Shown here piece after piece: positions 21,260 to 31,547 of a stretch of 64,000 bases of DNA. The stretch covers positions 480,001-544,000 of the forward strand of contig CAXXVZ010000003.1 in the NCBI GenBank assembly GCA_963678065.2, read 5' to 3'. The notes under the pieces were generated by a model that was given only the letters and a program-made list of their open reading frames with translations, was not told where the DNA came from and did no database searches. The stretch comes from Treponemataceae bacterium. Lineage in GTDB: Bacteria; Spirochaetota; Spirochaetia; Treponematales; Rectinemataceae. The translations under genes were made by a program, and so were the position numbers. The stretch's first letter is position 1. Each line of letters starts with the position of its first letter.

Positions 21260-24200
21260 CGTTTGCGCTCGAAAAAATAGAAAGCCGCGGGCACGACGAA
21301 GAAGGTGAGTATCGCGGAAAAAACTATGCCCCCGAACATCACGATACCCATGCGTTGGCCAAACTCGGCGCCCTGTCCGGCCGAGAAAATGAGGGGGAAG
21401 CTGATTACAAGGGTGGTGATGGTTGTCATGATGATGGGCCTGAACCTGAGCTTCGCGGCTTCGGTCAGGGCGTCCTCCAGCGGCATTGTGCCCATGCGCT
21501 CGACAACGAAATCGAGATAGAGGATCGCGTTTTTGGATGAGAGTCCTATCAGCATGAGCATGCCCATAAGCCCGAAAATATCGATTCCTCCTCCGACAAG
21601 CCAGACGATGAGAAGGGCCCCGATCAGAGCGAGAGGCACGGGCAGAAGCAGGTATATCGGGTAGCGCCAGGAATTAAACTGCCCCGCCATCACGAGATAG
21701 GCGAGGAAAAGTGCAAGCAGGAATAGTTGGGGACTCGTCGTCACAAGCTCCGTAGCGAGAGCGGCGGAGCTTGTCCTTGAGTTGACCGAGATTGAAAGAC
21801 CGTTGTCCAGAAGCCCCCGTGAGGTCAGGTCGGCGGTGATCGCCTTCTGCATTTCGAGGGCGGTCGGGGCGCCTGGCTTGAGGTTGATCGTGAGGGTGCC
21901 CGTGTACTGTCGGTTGTACCTGGACAGAGATACAGGGGTCTGAGTGAGGACGAAGCGACCGAGCTGTCCGATCTGGAGACTTGTCTGGAGGGCGCTCGAA
22001 TAGATGGGAAGATCAAGGAGGGTCTGTCCTCCCGCGAGCGTGGCCGGGTCGAGCTTGACCATGATCGGGTAGGCGAGTCCCCCGATGACGACGTTGGACG
22101 CCTGGGCTCCCGAAGTGTATGTCTGCAGTGTCGTGGCTATCGTCTGCGGGGTCAGGCCTGTCCCTTTGAGTTTCGCAGGGTCAGGAATGAAATCGTTCTC
22201 AAGATTTGTGTCGGAGAGGCTCGACGTGACATCCGTCACATAGGGGTTTTCCTGGATCGCACCAACGATTGCCGCATTGCGCTTCACGAGAAGGCTGAAA
22301 TCCGCAGAAACCATGCCGAGCTGGAGGGATGACCCCCCGAAGCCCCCCTGTCCTCCTCCTGCACTCACAGAGACACGCGCCGAAGGGATGTCTTTCAGGA
22401 GGGGCTGAAGGGCCTTGCGGTAGGATTGGGTCAAGACAAAGACACTCGGCCTTGAGCCTACAGGCACAAGCTCGACATCCGCCGAGGCACCTCCTCCTAC
22501 GGTTATCTGGATGATCGCTGGTTCGGGTTGCGCCATGAGGAATGCCTCAACCTTGGCTGAGGCCGCGAGGGCGACCGACTGCGGCGTTCCGGGCGGAAAC
22601 CTGACATTGACACTGAGGGTCCCGTTGTCGGACTGTGGAACGAAATTGAAAGGTATCTTGGGGACAAGGATGAAAGCGACCACGCCAAGGAAGACCACAG
22701 AGGCCAGAATAACGACAAGGCTCCACCTCAGGACAGGCCTGAGCGAACGGGCGTAGAGGTCGCGGACCATGCCCACGGCAAATTCCGTCCCATCATGTAG
22801 GGTTCCAGAAATGGATTCGAAGAGGCTAAGCCCCATGAATACAAGGTAATTCAGGAGACCAAGGAAGAGCGGCCAGACGAGAAGGGCTGGCAGGTAGATG
22901 TATTTTTTGAAGTATACTAGCCCGCCGGTCACGGCGAGAATGGCGAAGACAGAAGGCGCTTTTGTCGTCGATGTAAGGCCCCAGCGAAAAGCGTCGGGAT
23001 ATCGTACGAAGCTGCCGAAGAAATCCCTCCAACCGAGTTGGGCTCTGTCCTTCGTATACGCGAGGCGCACAGTGAGGAAAAGAACGGCTTCAAACAGAGA
23101 AAACAGAACTGCAGCTGCAAGTCCGAGGGAGAATTGCTGAAGATAACGTCCGACATAGCCGCCCATGAAGCTCACGGGAAGGAGTACAGCCAGCAGTGAG
23201 AGCGTGGACGCTACGACGGCGCTGAACACTTCGCTCGCGCCTTTGAGCACAGCGTCTTTCATGGGAAAACCCATCACCCTGTAGCGCTCCACGTTTTCGG
23301 CGACGACAATGGAATCGTCGACCACTATCCCGATCGCGATGACCATCGCGAGGAGTGAGACGAGATTGAAGGAGAAGCCAGCGAGATTGTACAGAATAGG
23401 TGAGGCCGACAGCGCGATGGGAATCGCTAGAATGACCGAAAAGGCCGTACCAGGCTTCCCGAGGAAGAGGAGGACAATGATGGCGACGACGACCAGCGAC
23501 AGCACGAGCTCGTGGTATGTGTTGGCGATGGAGGCCCGGATCGGTCCGGTCGTGTCGATGCCGAAATCGAGGGAATAGCCAGCGGGGAGAACTGAAGACT
23601 TCAGCGTCTTCCGCACGCCGTCCACCACGGCGACGGAGTTGGAATCGCTCGTCCTCTGCACCGAGACAAGAACGACCGGCATCCCGTTCAGGCGGGCGTA
23701 GTTAGAGTCCACGGAGGCATCACGCACCGTTCCGAGCTCTGCCACGGAAATCCCTCTGACAGGATCGACGAGGACGCGGCCGATCTGCTCCAGGCTTCCG
23801 GGAACGTTCTGGGTCGCGAAGGTGAGAGAGTTGTTCTGCGTTATGATCGAGCCGATGGGCTGGTTCACCGCTGAAGCCGTGATCGCGCTGACGACCTGTG
23901 TCGGTGTGAGCGAGTAGAACCTCAGCCTGTTCGGGGCGAGCAGCACCTGGAACTGCCGGGACGCCGCGCCGTCGACCGTGATATTGGCCACGCCCGCGAC
24001 ATGCTCGAGCGAGGGGGCGAGGCTGTCCTGCACATAGGCGGCCACATCGGTCAGGCTCGCGCCACCGCCGGAAACGCCGAACTGGATGATGGGCTGCGAA
24101 TTGGGGTCGAAGGTGCGCACGACGGGAGAGTTCACTCCGGAGGGCAATCTGCGGATTGTCGCATTCACCAGGGCCGCCACCTGGTTCACCATCGCATTCT

Positions 24201-24546
24201 TGTCCGCTCCCGCCGCGAAGGAGACGGTGACCCTGCTCGATCCGACCGAACTCGTCGAGTTCATGTCGGTGATGCCGCTCAGGGCGGAGACCGCGTTTTC
24301 GATCACCTGCGTGACCTGCTGGTCCACGACTCCGGGGCTGGCTCCCGAATAGGATGTGCTGATGTTGACCGAGGGGATGTTGACCGCGGGCAGAAGGTCG
24401 ACGCCGAGCCCGAACATGCTGACGATGCCGAAAGTCACGATCGCGACGAAGATGCCGATCGAGAGGACATAGCGCGTGACCGAGAATTTGACCGCTGGGT
24501 TGACCCTGTTGAACAGCTGGGCCTCATAGTCTTTTGTGCTGTTCAC
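21217..24546 (-). CDS. RND efflux permease (AcrB/HAE1 family)
   Basis: GIVVDDSIVVAENV, SKNAIL, RFRPIIMTT, YSGASP; 1109 aa. Confidence 0.95.
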   Translation of the reverse strand: MNSTKDYEAQLFNRVNPAVKFSVTRYVLSIGIFVAIVTFGIVSMFGLGVDLLPAVNIPSVNISTSYSGASPGVVDQQVTQVIENAVSALSGITDMNSTSSVGSSRVTVSFAAGADKNAMVNQVAALVNATIRRLPSGVNSPVVRTFDPNSQPIIQFGVSGGGASLTDVAAYVQDSLAPSLEHVAGVANITVDGAASRQFQVLLAPNRLRFYSLTPTQVVSAITASAVNQPIGSIITQNNSLTFATQNVPGSLEQIGRVLVDPVRGISVAELGTVRDASVDSNYARLNGMPVVLVSVQRTSDSNSVAVVDGVRKTLKSSVLPAGYSLDFGIDTTGPIRASIANTYHELVLSLVVVAIIVLLFLGKPGTAFSVILAIPIALSASPILYNLAGFSFNLVSLLAMVIAIGIVVDDSIVVAENVERYRVMGFPMKDAVLKGASEVFSAVVASTLSLLAVLLPVSFMGGYVGRYLQQFSLGLAAAVLFSLFEAVLFLTVRLAYTKDRAQLGWRDFFGSFVRYPDAFRWGLTSTTKAPSVFAILAVTGGLVYFKKYIYLPALLVWPLFLGLLNYLVFMGLSLFESISGTLHDGTEFAVGMVRDLYARSLRPVLRWSLVVILASVVFLGVVAFILVPKIPFNFVPQSDNGTLSVNVRFPPGTPQSVALAASAKVEAFLMAQPEPAIIQITVGGGASADVELVPVGSRPSVFVLTQSYRKALQPLLKDIPSARVSVSAGGGQGGFGGSSLQLGMVSADFSLLVKRNAAIVGAIQENPYVTDVTSSLSDTNLENDFIPDPAKLKGTGLTPQTIATTLQTYTSGAQASNVVIGGLAYPIMVKLDPATLAGGQTLLDLPIYSSALQTSLQIGQLGRFVLTQTPVSLSRYNRQYTGTLTINLKPGAPTALEMQKAITADLTSRGLLDNGLSISVNSRTSSAALATELVTTSPQLFLLALFLAYLVMAGQFNSWRYPIYLLLPVPLALIGALLIVWLVGGGIDIFGLMGMLMLIGLSSKNAILYLDFVVERMGTMPLEDALTEAAKLRFRPIIMTTITTLVISFPLIFSAGQGAEFGQRMGIVMFGGIVFSAILTFFVVPAAFYFFERKRQRQPAQESASISE

Positions 24547-26003
24547 GGTTTCCCCGTCGTTCCGCCTGACCTGGCCGCGTTTGTGGTTCCTGTCGATCCG
24601 TTAGTCCCCGGCGCCCCCTTCGATCCCTTCCATCCTGCCTTGCCCGAACTATTCGGGGTGCTTGGGGTGCCGGAAGCGTCTTTCCGTCCGCCCGCTTCGG
24701 TTGAAGCTCCCGCGGCCTTCGGCTGTGCCATGATAGGCTGAACTGTCGATCCTTGGATGAGTCCCGGCGGAGGACTGATGATCGCTATCGTCCCGGCATC
24801 GAGGCCGCTCACAGCCGCGAAAGCTCCGGACTCGGCGATGATGGAAACGAATTTCTGGACGGCCACGCCGTTTTCCACCGTGTACACGTAATTGCGGTTC
24901 TCGACCGTGCCGAGCGCCATGACGGGCACGAGACTCCCCGTGGCCAAAACGACAGTGTACTTTATGTTTCCGACCGATCCGAAGGGAAGATCGAAGGGAG
25001 CACTGGGTGAGGCGACCATGGGAACAGTGCCGTTCACCGGGGCTGATGGCGCCTGCTTGATTCGCAGGGAATAGTTTGTGCCGCTGTATTCGAAACCGAT
25101 CGTCTTCCCCGCAGAAAGCGCAGGGGCGTCCGCGGGTGAAACGCCGAAACTTATCAGCCTCTGTGCGCTCACAAGGGTGAAAGCGGCCGTGTTCTGCCCG
25201 ACATACATACCCGGCGAGACCGCGATTGCGGAAATCTGCCCCGCGAAGGGTGCCCGTATCGCCGCATTCCTGAAGTTGAGCTGGGCCTGACGAAGATTGT
25301 TCTGCGCCGTGACCACGGCGACCTTGAGCGCATCGACGTTCTGGCTCGGAGTCGTGGCGAACCCGCGCTTGTTCTGCTCGAGGTTTGTCTTCGCGGTCTC
25401 CAGGGCGACCTGAGCGGTCGTCAACTGATTCCCCGCCTGATCGAGTGTGTAGGCCGAGATCCCGCCGAGATCGTAGAGCGCCTTCTGCGAATCGTAATAT
25501 CGTTGAGCAGAGTCGAGACTCGCCTGCGATGACTTTACCTGAAGCTCGAATCTCGTGTTGTTCTGCCCTGTGCTCTCCTGGACTGCCGCGAGATTGATTT
25601 TCGCCGTGTCGAGGGCTGCTTGGGCGTTGGACTGTGCGATGCCGAGCTGTGTATCGTCGAGCTGAACGACGATGTCGCCAGCGCCTACCCAGTCCCCGAC
25701 CTGTTTGCTGACCTTCGAGGCGATGCCGGCTACGAGTGCCGCAACCTGACTCTGGGTTGCAGGCACTACAATCGCGGCCGTGTTGCGCTCGGCGGTGAGC
25801 ATTCCAGCCTGAATAGTCGTCGCCTGGACAGGGATCACTGCCTGGCGGCCGCCCGACGGCACGCCCGTCCCTTGCCCCTTGGTACTCTCCTGTCCCTGTT
25901 TAGGAGTTGCGCCGTTTCCCGGGGTCGCCGTCTTTGTACAGCCCGCGAGAGCGATGGCCACGACGAAACCGACGACAGAAAGAGTTTTGTATTGCATGCG
26001 CAT
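24543..26003 (-). CDS. RND periplasmic adaptor (membrane fusion lipoprotein)
   Basis: Lipobox LAGC, split lipoyl halves (VGDWVGAGD; IRAPFAG) around a long alpha hairpin; SD AGGAG. Confidence 0.9.
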   Translation of the reverse strand: MRMQYKTLSVVGFVVAIALAGCTKTATPGNGATPKQGQESTKGQGTGVPSGGRQAVIPVQATTIQAGMLTAERNTAAIVVPATQSQVAALVAGIASKVSKQVGDWVGAGDIVVQLDDTQLGIAQSNAQAALDTAKINLAAVQESTGQNNTRFELQVKSSQASLDSAQRYYDSQKALYDLGGISAYTLDQAGNQLTTAQVALETAKTNLEQNKRGFATTPSQNVDALKVAVVTAQNNLRQAQLNFRNAAIRAPFAGQISAIAVSPGMYVGQNTAAFTLVSAQRLISFGVSPADAPALSAGKTIGFEYSGTNYSLRIKQAPSAPVNGTVPMVASPSAPFDLPFGSVGNIKYTVVLATGSLVPVMALGTVENRNYVYTVENGVAVQKFVSIIAESGAFAAVSGLDAGTIAIISPPPGLIQGSTVQPIMAQPKAAGASTEAGGRKDASGTPSTPNSSGKAGWKGSKGAPGTNGSTGTTNAARSGGTTGKP

Positions 26004-26013
26004 ACGTATTCTC

Positions 26014-27504
26014 CTACAGACCCATAGAGGCTTCAAGGGCGAGAACGGCCAGAAGATAGCTGCTCTTCGCCGTTGCGAAGGAGGCTTCGGCGTTGGCCGC
26101 GTCTACCGAGGCCGAAAGCAGATCCTGCAGCGAAGCTGTCCCGAAAGAATTCTGCGCCTTCACGATGGCGAGCTTTGTCGAGTACAGATCCGCACTCTGT
26201 CGGGCCAGATCGACTTTTTCGGATTGGATCGAGGCCATCCAGAAGGCATCGCGGATATCCGCGGCGATGCTCTTCGCCAGTTGCCTCTTCTGTGTGTCGT
26301 AAACTCCCATGAGGGCGAGGTTCGAATCGACGAGCGCGTTCGTGGCTCCGGCGTCGAGGAGGGGAAGTCCTACCTTGAGCCCCAGATTCGCCGACCCGGC
26401 ATTCGTCGCCGGCTGTGACCAGATCACCGCCAGGTTCAATCCGCCCGTCACGCTCACATTGGCGTTCGCCTGCCCCTTGGCGAGATCGAGGTCGATGGCT
26501 GTGGATTTTTTATTGAGTTCGGCCAGGCCCAACTCGGACCGCTTGTCCAGTCCGACGGCGATGGCTTCCTCGAGCGTAGTCGCAGGAAGGCCGGGGGCCG
26601 GGGTTTCGGCTACGGAGAAGTCGGAAACGGAATCCATGCCCGCGAGATTGGCGAGTCTCTGTCGGGCAAGGCTCAGGTCATGCTTCGCGGTTTCGACATC
26701 CAGCGACGCGGTTTTCGCATTGATGACGGCGTTCTGGAGGTCGACCGAACTGGCCTGCCGCAAATCGAATATCGCGGTGACCTGTTTCTGCAGCGCGTTC
26801 TGCTTATCGAGGATTCCGAGGCGGGTGGTCAGCGTCCTTTGCGCGGAGAGCATCGTGATATATGCCTTCTTTACGTTGAGCACGATAAGGGATCTGCTCT
26901 GTGCCGTGGAGATTTCCTTGCTCCGGAGCGCGATGATGCTTTTTTCCACCGCGGCCCGCGTCTGGCCACCCGGATAGCCATCCCAAATTGACTGGCTTGC
27001 CGAAATGCCGATGACGGTGTTCGCGGACGACGAGGATGAAGCGGGGAAATTCTGTGTCAGAGTGAGTCCGATTTTCGTGTTGGGATTACTCGCCGACTGC
27101 GTCCCCTGCACGAGGGAAAGACTGCCCTGGATGCTCTGCGCGATTCCCTGATATGCGCCGCCGAGCAGTGAGCGCACGCTCGAAGAGCTAAGCTCACTGC
27201 CGATCCCGTCAGTCAGGCCGTAGCTGCCCGCGGCCGAGAGGGAAAGTGCATCCTTGCTCGCTGCAAGCCGGTACTGGGCGCGGGCAGCCGCGAGATTGCC
27301 CTCCACGATCCGGAGTTCGTCTCCGTTTTTGACCGCTGCGTCGATAAAATCCTGGAGCGTCATCGTGACGGGAATAGGGGGAGTGCCGGTCGGCGCGGTC
27401 GACGAGTCCTGCGCGTCGGCTGCCTGTCCGGGAAGCAGCGCCAGAGTCGCAGCCAATACCGCGGCCAGGCGGAATCGTTTCCGATCGACCATTGTTGCGT
27501 TCAT
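26014..27504 (-). CDS. TolC family outer membrane factor
   Basis: Signal peptide, TLQDFI..A..N, VKKAY, LEEAI..GL..RSEL, G.ASL.DLL; first gene of the efflux operon. Confidence 0.88.
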   Translation of the reverse strand: MNATMVDRKRFRLAAVLAATLALLPGQAADAQDSSTAPTGTPPIPVTMTLQDFIDAAVKNGDELRIVEGNLAAARAQYRLAASKDALSLSAAGSYGLTDGIGSELSSSSVRSLLGGAYQGIAQSIQGSLSLVQGTQSASNPNTKIGLTLTQNFPASSSSSANTVIGISASQSIWDGYPGGQTRAAVEKSIIALRSKEISTAQSRSLIVLNVKKAYITMLSAQRTLTTRLGILDKQNALQKQVTAIFDLRQASSVDLQNAVINAKTASLDVETAKHDLSLARQRLANLAGMDSVSDFSVAETPAPGLPATTLEEAIAVGLDKRSELGLAELNKKSTAIDLDLAKGQANANVSVTGGLNLAVIWSQPATNAGSANLGLKVGLPLLDAGATNALVDSNLALMGVYDTQKRQLAKSIAADIRDAFWMASIQSEKVDLARQSADLYSTKLAIVKAQNSFGTASLQDLLSASVDAANAEASFATAKSSYLLAVLALEASMGL

Positions 27505-27929
27505 CAAGGTGCCTGCCTTTCAGCCGATTTCAGGCCCCGACCTGTTCCGGAACCGTCTTCATGGATCGTCGATACGTCCACGAAGACGGCGGATGCGGAC
27601 TCCCGCGCTTTGTTGCACAAGGCTGCGGGGCCAGCGGAGAAAATATGCTTATCCTGTATACCATCGATGTGTAGACACAGCAACAGCCAGCCGGAGTTTA
27701 TCGCCCTCAGTTTCATTAAAGAAAATAACAGGTTGTACGGCTCGCCTTTATTCGGTAAATCGGATATAAGAATTTCGGCGACAAACAGCCGCAGGCCAGC
27801 TGAACGTTCCGAAGAAAAATGGAGGACTGAAGGATTGACGGATTGTAGGCATTGGCCACACCCAGTATCTGGCAACAAATCGGTGGTTCCGAGCCGTTTT
27901 TCTGCAGGCGCTAATCAGGTAATTGTTTA

Positions 27930-28003
27930 TGGGCGCTGAGGGATTTGAACCCCCGACCTACTGGGTGTAAACCAGCCGCTCTGACCAGCTGAGCCAAGCG
28001 CCC
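27930..28003 (-). tRNA. tRNA-Val(TAC)
   Basis: GGGCGCT..AGCGCCCA, anticodon loop TT TAC AC, TTCAAAT. Confidence 0.96.
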
Positions 28004-28015
28004 GGAACGTCACAG

Positions 28016-28045
28016 ACCTTAGCATGCTGTTGTGACGGGGGTCAA
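28016..28045 (-). promoter_or_regulatory. tRNA-Val promoter
   Basis: TTGACC-18-TAAGGT, 12 nt upstream of the tRNA. Confidence 0.65.
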
Positions 28046-28068
28046 TATCCGCTTTCCCATCGACAATC

Positions 28069-29055
28069 ATGCCTATACCGCAAGCCGCATCCGGCAAACT
28101 CCGCCTTACAGGCATCGGCAATCCTCTCATCGACCTCGTCATCCGCTGCGATCAGGCTTTCCTCCGCTCCCTGGGTTTTTCCCCGGGATCAGTCAACCAC
28201 ATACCGCGAAAGGATATGGAGTCCGTTCTGGGAAGACTTCCTCCGCACGACAGAATCGCCGGGGGAGGGGCAGCCAACACCTGCCGGATTGCTTCCATGC
28301 TGGGAGCCGACTGTGCCTTCGCCGGCTGTGTCGGCGAAGATGAGCTGGCAGGATGGTATGAATCGCAGCTTGCGAGAGATGGTGTGCTGACGACTCTGTC
28401 GAGCGTGCGCGGAGAAGGGACCGGTATTTTCTGCACCTTCATTCACTCGGAAGAGGAGCGAACTCTCGTCGTCGCTCCCGGAGCCGCGCTGCGTCTTGAA
28501 GTCTCAGGCCTTGACTCCCGCTTGTTTCGGCAGGGCGGAATTCTCCTCGCGGAAGGTTTCCTGGCGCGGGATCCGGAATTATTGACTGCCATACTCAGAA
28601 AGGGCGCTGCGGCAGGGATGCGCTGCGCGCTCGACCTCGGTTCGCCCGAGCTTGCGAGAACTCGGAAAAAGGAGTTTTTCGGGATTGTGGATTCGCTCTG
28701 CGATATCGTATTTGCCAATGAAGCGGAATTCGGCGCCTTTACGGGAGCTGCGGAATTGCGGGAAGCCGCGAGGCTCCTGCCTGCCTCCACGCTGTTCGTC
28801 GTCAAGAAAGGCGCCCGCGGGGCAGCATGTCTGCAGAACGGACGGATCACCGACAGCCCCGCCTTTGCCCGCGCGGCCTTGGACGAGACCGGCGCAGGCG
28901 ACGCTTTCGCAGCCGGCTTCCTCTGTGCCATGGCGGCCGGAATGGACACAGCTGAATGCCTGCGAAGGGCCAATGGCCTGGCCGGGCAGACAGTCCTCGT
29001 GCATGGGGCGGGGCTTTCGCGGAAGCAGGCGGAAGAGGCGTTCTCCCGCTCGTAG
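28069..29055 (+). CDS. PfkB family carbohydrate/nucleoside kinase (adenosine kinase-like)
   Basis: GIGNPLID, AGGGAAN, VGEDE, FANEAE, DETGAGDAFAAG. Confidence 0.9.
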   Translation: MPIPQAASGKLRLTGIGNPLIDLVIRCDQAFLRSLGFSPGSVNHIPRKDMESVLGRLPPHDRIAGGGAANTCRIASMLGADCAFAGCVGEDELAGWYESQLARDGVLTTLSSVRGEGTGIFCTFIHSEEERTLVVAPGAALRLEVSGLDSRLFRQGGILLAEGFLARDPELLTAILRKGAAAGMRCALDLGSPELARTRKKEFFGIVDSLCDIVFANEAEFGAFTGAAELREAARLLPASTLFVVKKGARGAACLQNGRITDSPAFARAALDETGAGDAFAAGFLCAMAAGMDTAECLRRANGLAGQTVLVHGAGLSRKQAEEAFSRS

Positions 29056-29189
29056 CATAGAGGTCGGCATTGTCTCACAATTCGCCATAACGGTGGAAAC
29101 GTGGCCCATTGTCGCAAAAAACCTCGTCAAATCTTGCCAAAAGGCTCATGAAACCATAAATTCAAAGCCATAAATACAAGGAGACCAGA

Positions 29190-31535
29190 ATGCCCGAGAA
29201 CGAGATAATCCCGATAGAACAGCTTCTGCCGAACAAGCTTCCGATAATTCCCCTGATGGGAAGACCGATTTTTCCTGGAATCTTCACGCCGATCATGGTC
29301 GGAAACACGGGAGACGTGAAGGTAGTCGAAGAGGCGCTCGGATCTGACGGAATGGTCGGCCTCGTCATGCTCACGAACGATGCCGAAAATCCAGTCTCGA
29401 CCGATCTCCATCCTGTCGGCACAGTGGCAAAAATAGTCAAACGGATCAATCTTCCGGATGGCGGAGCCAACATCTTCATTTCGACCCTGAAGCGTTTCCG
29501 GATCAAGAAATTCCTCTCGAAGGAACCGCCCATCGTCGCCGCCGTCGAATACCTGGATGAAAAAGATGATGACACGGACGAAATAAAGGCTCTGACGCGC
29601 GCGCTCATCGGCGAGATGAAGCAGGTTTCCGAGAACAACCCGCTTTTTTCCGAAGAGATGCGCCTCAACATGATCAACATCGACCACCCCGGAAAGATCG
29701 CGGACTTCATCGCGAGCATCCTCAACATCGACAAAAACGACCAGCAGAAGATACTGGAGACTACCGACGTCCGCGACCGGATGGAAAAAGTCCTCATCTT
29801 CATCAAGAAAGAACAGGAACTCCTCAAAATCCAGAAAAAAGTCCAGTCCGAGATCAACGAAAAAATCGAGAAAAGCCAGCGCGACTATTTCCTCAAGGAG
29901 GAACTCAAGGCCATCAAGAACGAGCTGGGCATGCCCACGGATGCCAAAGGCTCGGACTATCAGCGATTCAAGGACAAGATCGACGGCTTCGCCTTCGAAG
30001 GCGAGATCAAGGAGCAGGTCGAGCAGGAACTCGAGAAATTCAATCTCATGGACCCCAACTCATCCGAGTTCATGGTCACGCGCAGCTGGCTCGACCTCAT
30101 CTGCAACCTGCCCTGGAAGGTTACCGTCTCGGGCGACTTCGACCTGAAGCGCGCCCAGGACATTCTCGAGACTGATCACTACGGCCTTGAGGACGTAAAG
30201 GACAGAATCATCGAGTATCTCGCTGTCCGCAAACTCAAGAACGACGCCAGAGGATCGATACTCTGTCTCGTGGGTCCCCCCGGTGTCGGCAAGACGAGCG
30301 TAGGCAAATCCATAGCGAAGGCGCTCAACAAGCAGTTCTTCCGTTTCTCCGTCGGCGGCATGCGCGACGAGGCCGAGATCAAGGGCCACAGGCGTACCTA
30401 CGTCGGCGCCCTTCCCGGGAAGATTGTCCAGGGACTCAAGATCGCGAAGACCCGCGATCCTGTCTTCATGATCGACGAGATCGACAAGATGGGCGCAAGC
30501 TACCAAGGCGACCCTTCGAGTGCGCTGCTCGAGGCCCTCGATCCGGAGCAGAATTTTTCTTTCAGAGACCACTACCTCGACCTGCCCTTCGACATCTCCA
30601 ATGTGTTCTTTATCTGCACGGCCAACACCTTGGACACTGTCCCGAGGCCCCTCATCGATCGCATGGAGATCATCCAGCTCTCCGGGTATGTGGACAGCGA
30701 GAAACTGGAGATAGCCCGCAATTACCTCATTCCGAAGAGTCTCGAACGGAACGGAATCCGCAAAAGCGCAGTTCGGTACACGCGCGACGCGCTCCTGACC
30801 ATCGCAGAGTCCTACGCCAGAGAGGCGGGAGTGCGGAATTTCGAAAAGGCCCTGGACAAGATCCACCGCAAAGTCGCAAAGAGCATGGTCCTCGAAGGCA
30901 AAGAGAAGGACAAGTTCACGATCGACAAGGCGGCTGTCGAGAAAAATCTCGGTAAACCCCTTTTCCGCGAAGACGGGAGCAAGCGGGTCACCAAGCCCGG
31001 CATGTCGGTCGGACTGGCCTGGACGAGCATGGGCGGCGACACCCTCATCATCGAAGCCGTCGCCAATCCTGGCAAGGAAGGTTTCAAACTGACAGGACAG
31101 ATGGGGAGTGTCATGCAGGAATCGGCGGGCATCGCCTACACCTATGTCAGGCACATCGCGGCCGAGCGATTTGGCATCGGAGCCGACTATTTCGAAGGAA
31201 GGCAGATACACCTGCACATACCTGAAGGGGCGACTCCGAAGGACGGTCCCTCCGCGGGCATCACGATGGCGACGGCTCTACTGTCCCTCGTCCTCGGGAA
31301 AAAAATACGCGATCGCCTCGCCATGACTGGAGAGCTTTCGCTGACCGGTCAAGTCCTGCCGATCGGGGGTCTCAAGGAAAAAACGGTCGCAGCCAAGCGC
31401 AACAAGATCAAGGAAATCATCATCCCCGCGGGCAACGCGCGCGATCTGGAAGAGATACCCGAACATATCCGCAAGGGCATCACCTTCCAGACCGTGGAGA
31501 GGATGGAGGACGTCATCGACCTCCTGTTCGGCTGA
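29190..31535 (+). CDS. lon: ATP-dependent Lon protease
   Basis: DHYGL, GPPGVGKTS, IDEIDK, PKDGPSAG; SD AAGGAG. Confidence 0.98.
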   Translation: MPENEIIPIEQLLPNKLPIIPLMGRPIFPGIFTPIMVGNTGDVKVVEEALGSDGMVGLVMLTNDAENPVSTDLHPVGTVAKIVKRINLPDGGANIFISTLKRFRIKKFLSKEPPIVAAVEYLDEKDDDTDEIKALTRALIGEMKQVSENNPLFSEEMRLNMINIDHPGKIADFIASILNIDKNDQQKILETTDVRDRMEKVLIFIKKEQELLKIQKKVQSEINEKIEKSQRDYFLKEELKAIKNELGMPTDAKGSDYQRFKDKIDGFAFEGEIKEQVEQELEKFNLMDPNSSEFMVTRSWLDLICNLPWKVTVSGDFDLKRAQDILETDHYGLEDVKDRIIEYLAVRKLKNDARGSILCLVGPPGVGKTSVGKSIAKALNKQFFRFSVGGMRDEAEIKGHRRTYVGALPGKIVQGLKIAKTRDPVFMIDEIDKMGASYQGDPSSALLEALDPEQNFSFRDHYLDLPFDISNVFFICTANTLDTVPRPLIDRMEIIQLSGYVDSEKLEIARNYLIPKSLERNGIRKSAVRYTRDALLTIAESYAREAGVRNFEKALDKIHRKVAKSMVLEGKEKDKFTIDKAAVEKNLGKPLFREDGSKRVTKPGMSVGLAWTSMGGDTLIIEAVANPGKEGFKLTGQMGSVMQESAGIAYTYVRHIAAERFGIGADYFEGRQIHLHIPEGATPKDGPSAGITMATALLSLVLGKKIRDRLAMTGELSLTGQVLPIGGLKEKTVAAKRNKIKEIIIPAGNARDLEEIPEHIRKGITFQTVERMEDVIDLLFG

Positions 31536-31547
31536 TAATCCTGTATC

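Noticed and set aside
27504..27878. 124-aa ORF upstream of tolC-like gene
   Set aside because: TTG start, no SD, no motif and atypical composition
21217..28003. Integrative element at tRNA-Val
   Set aside because: No integrase, transposase or duplicated tRNA 3' end found
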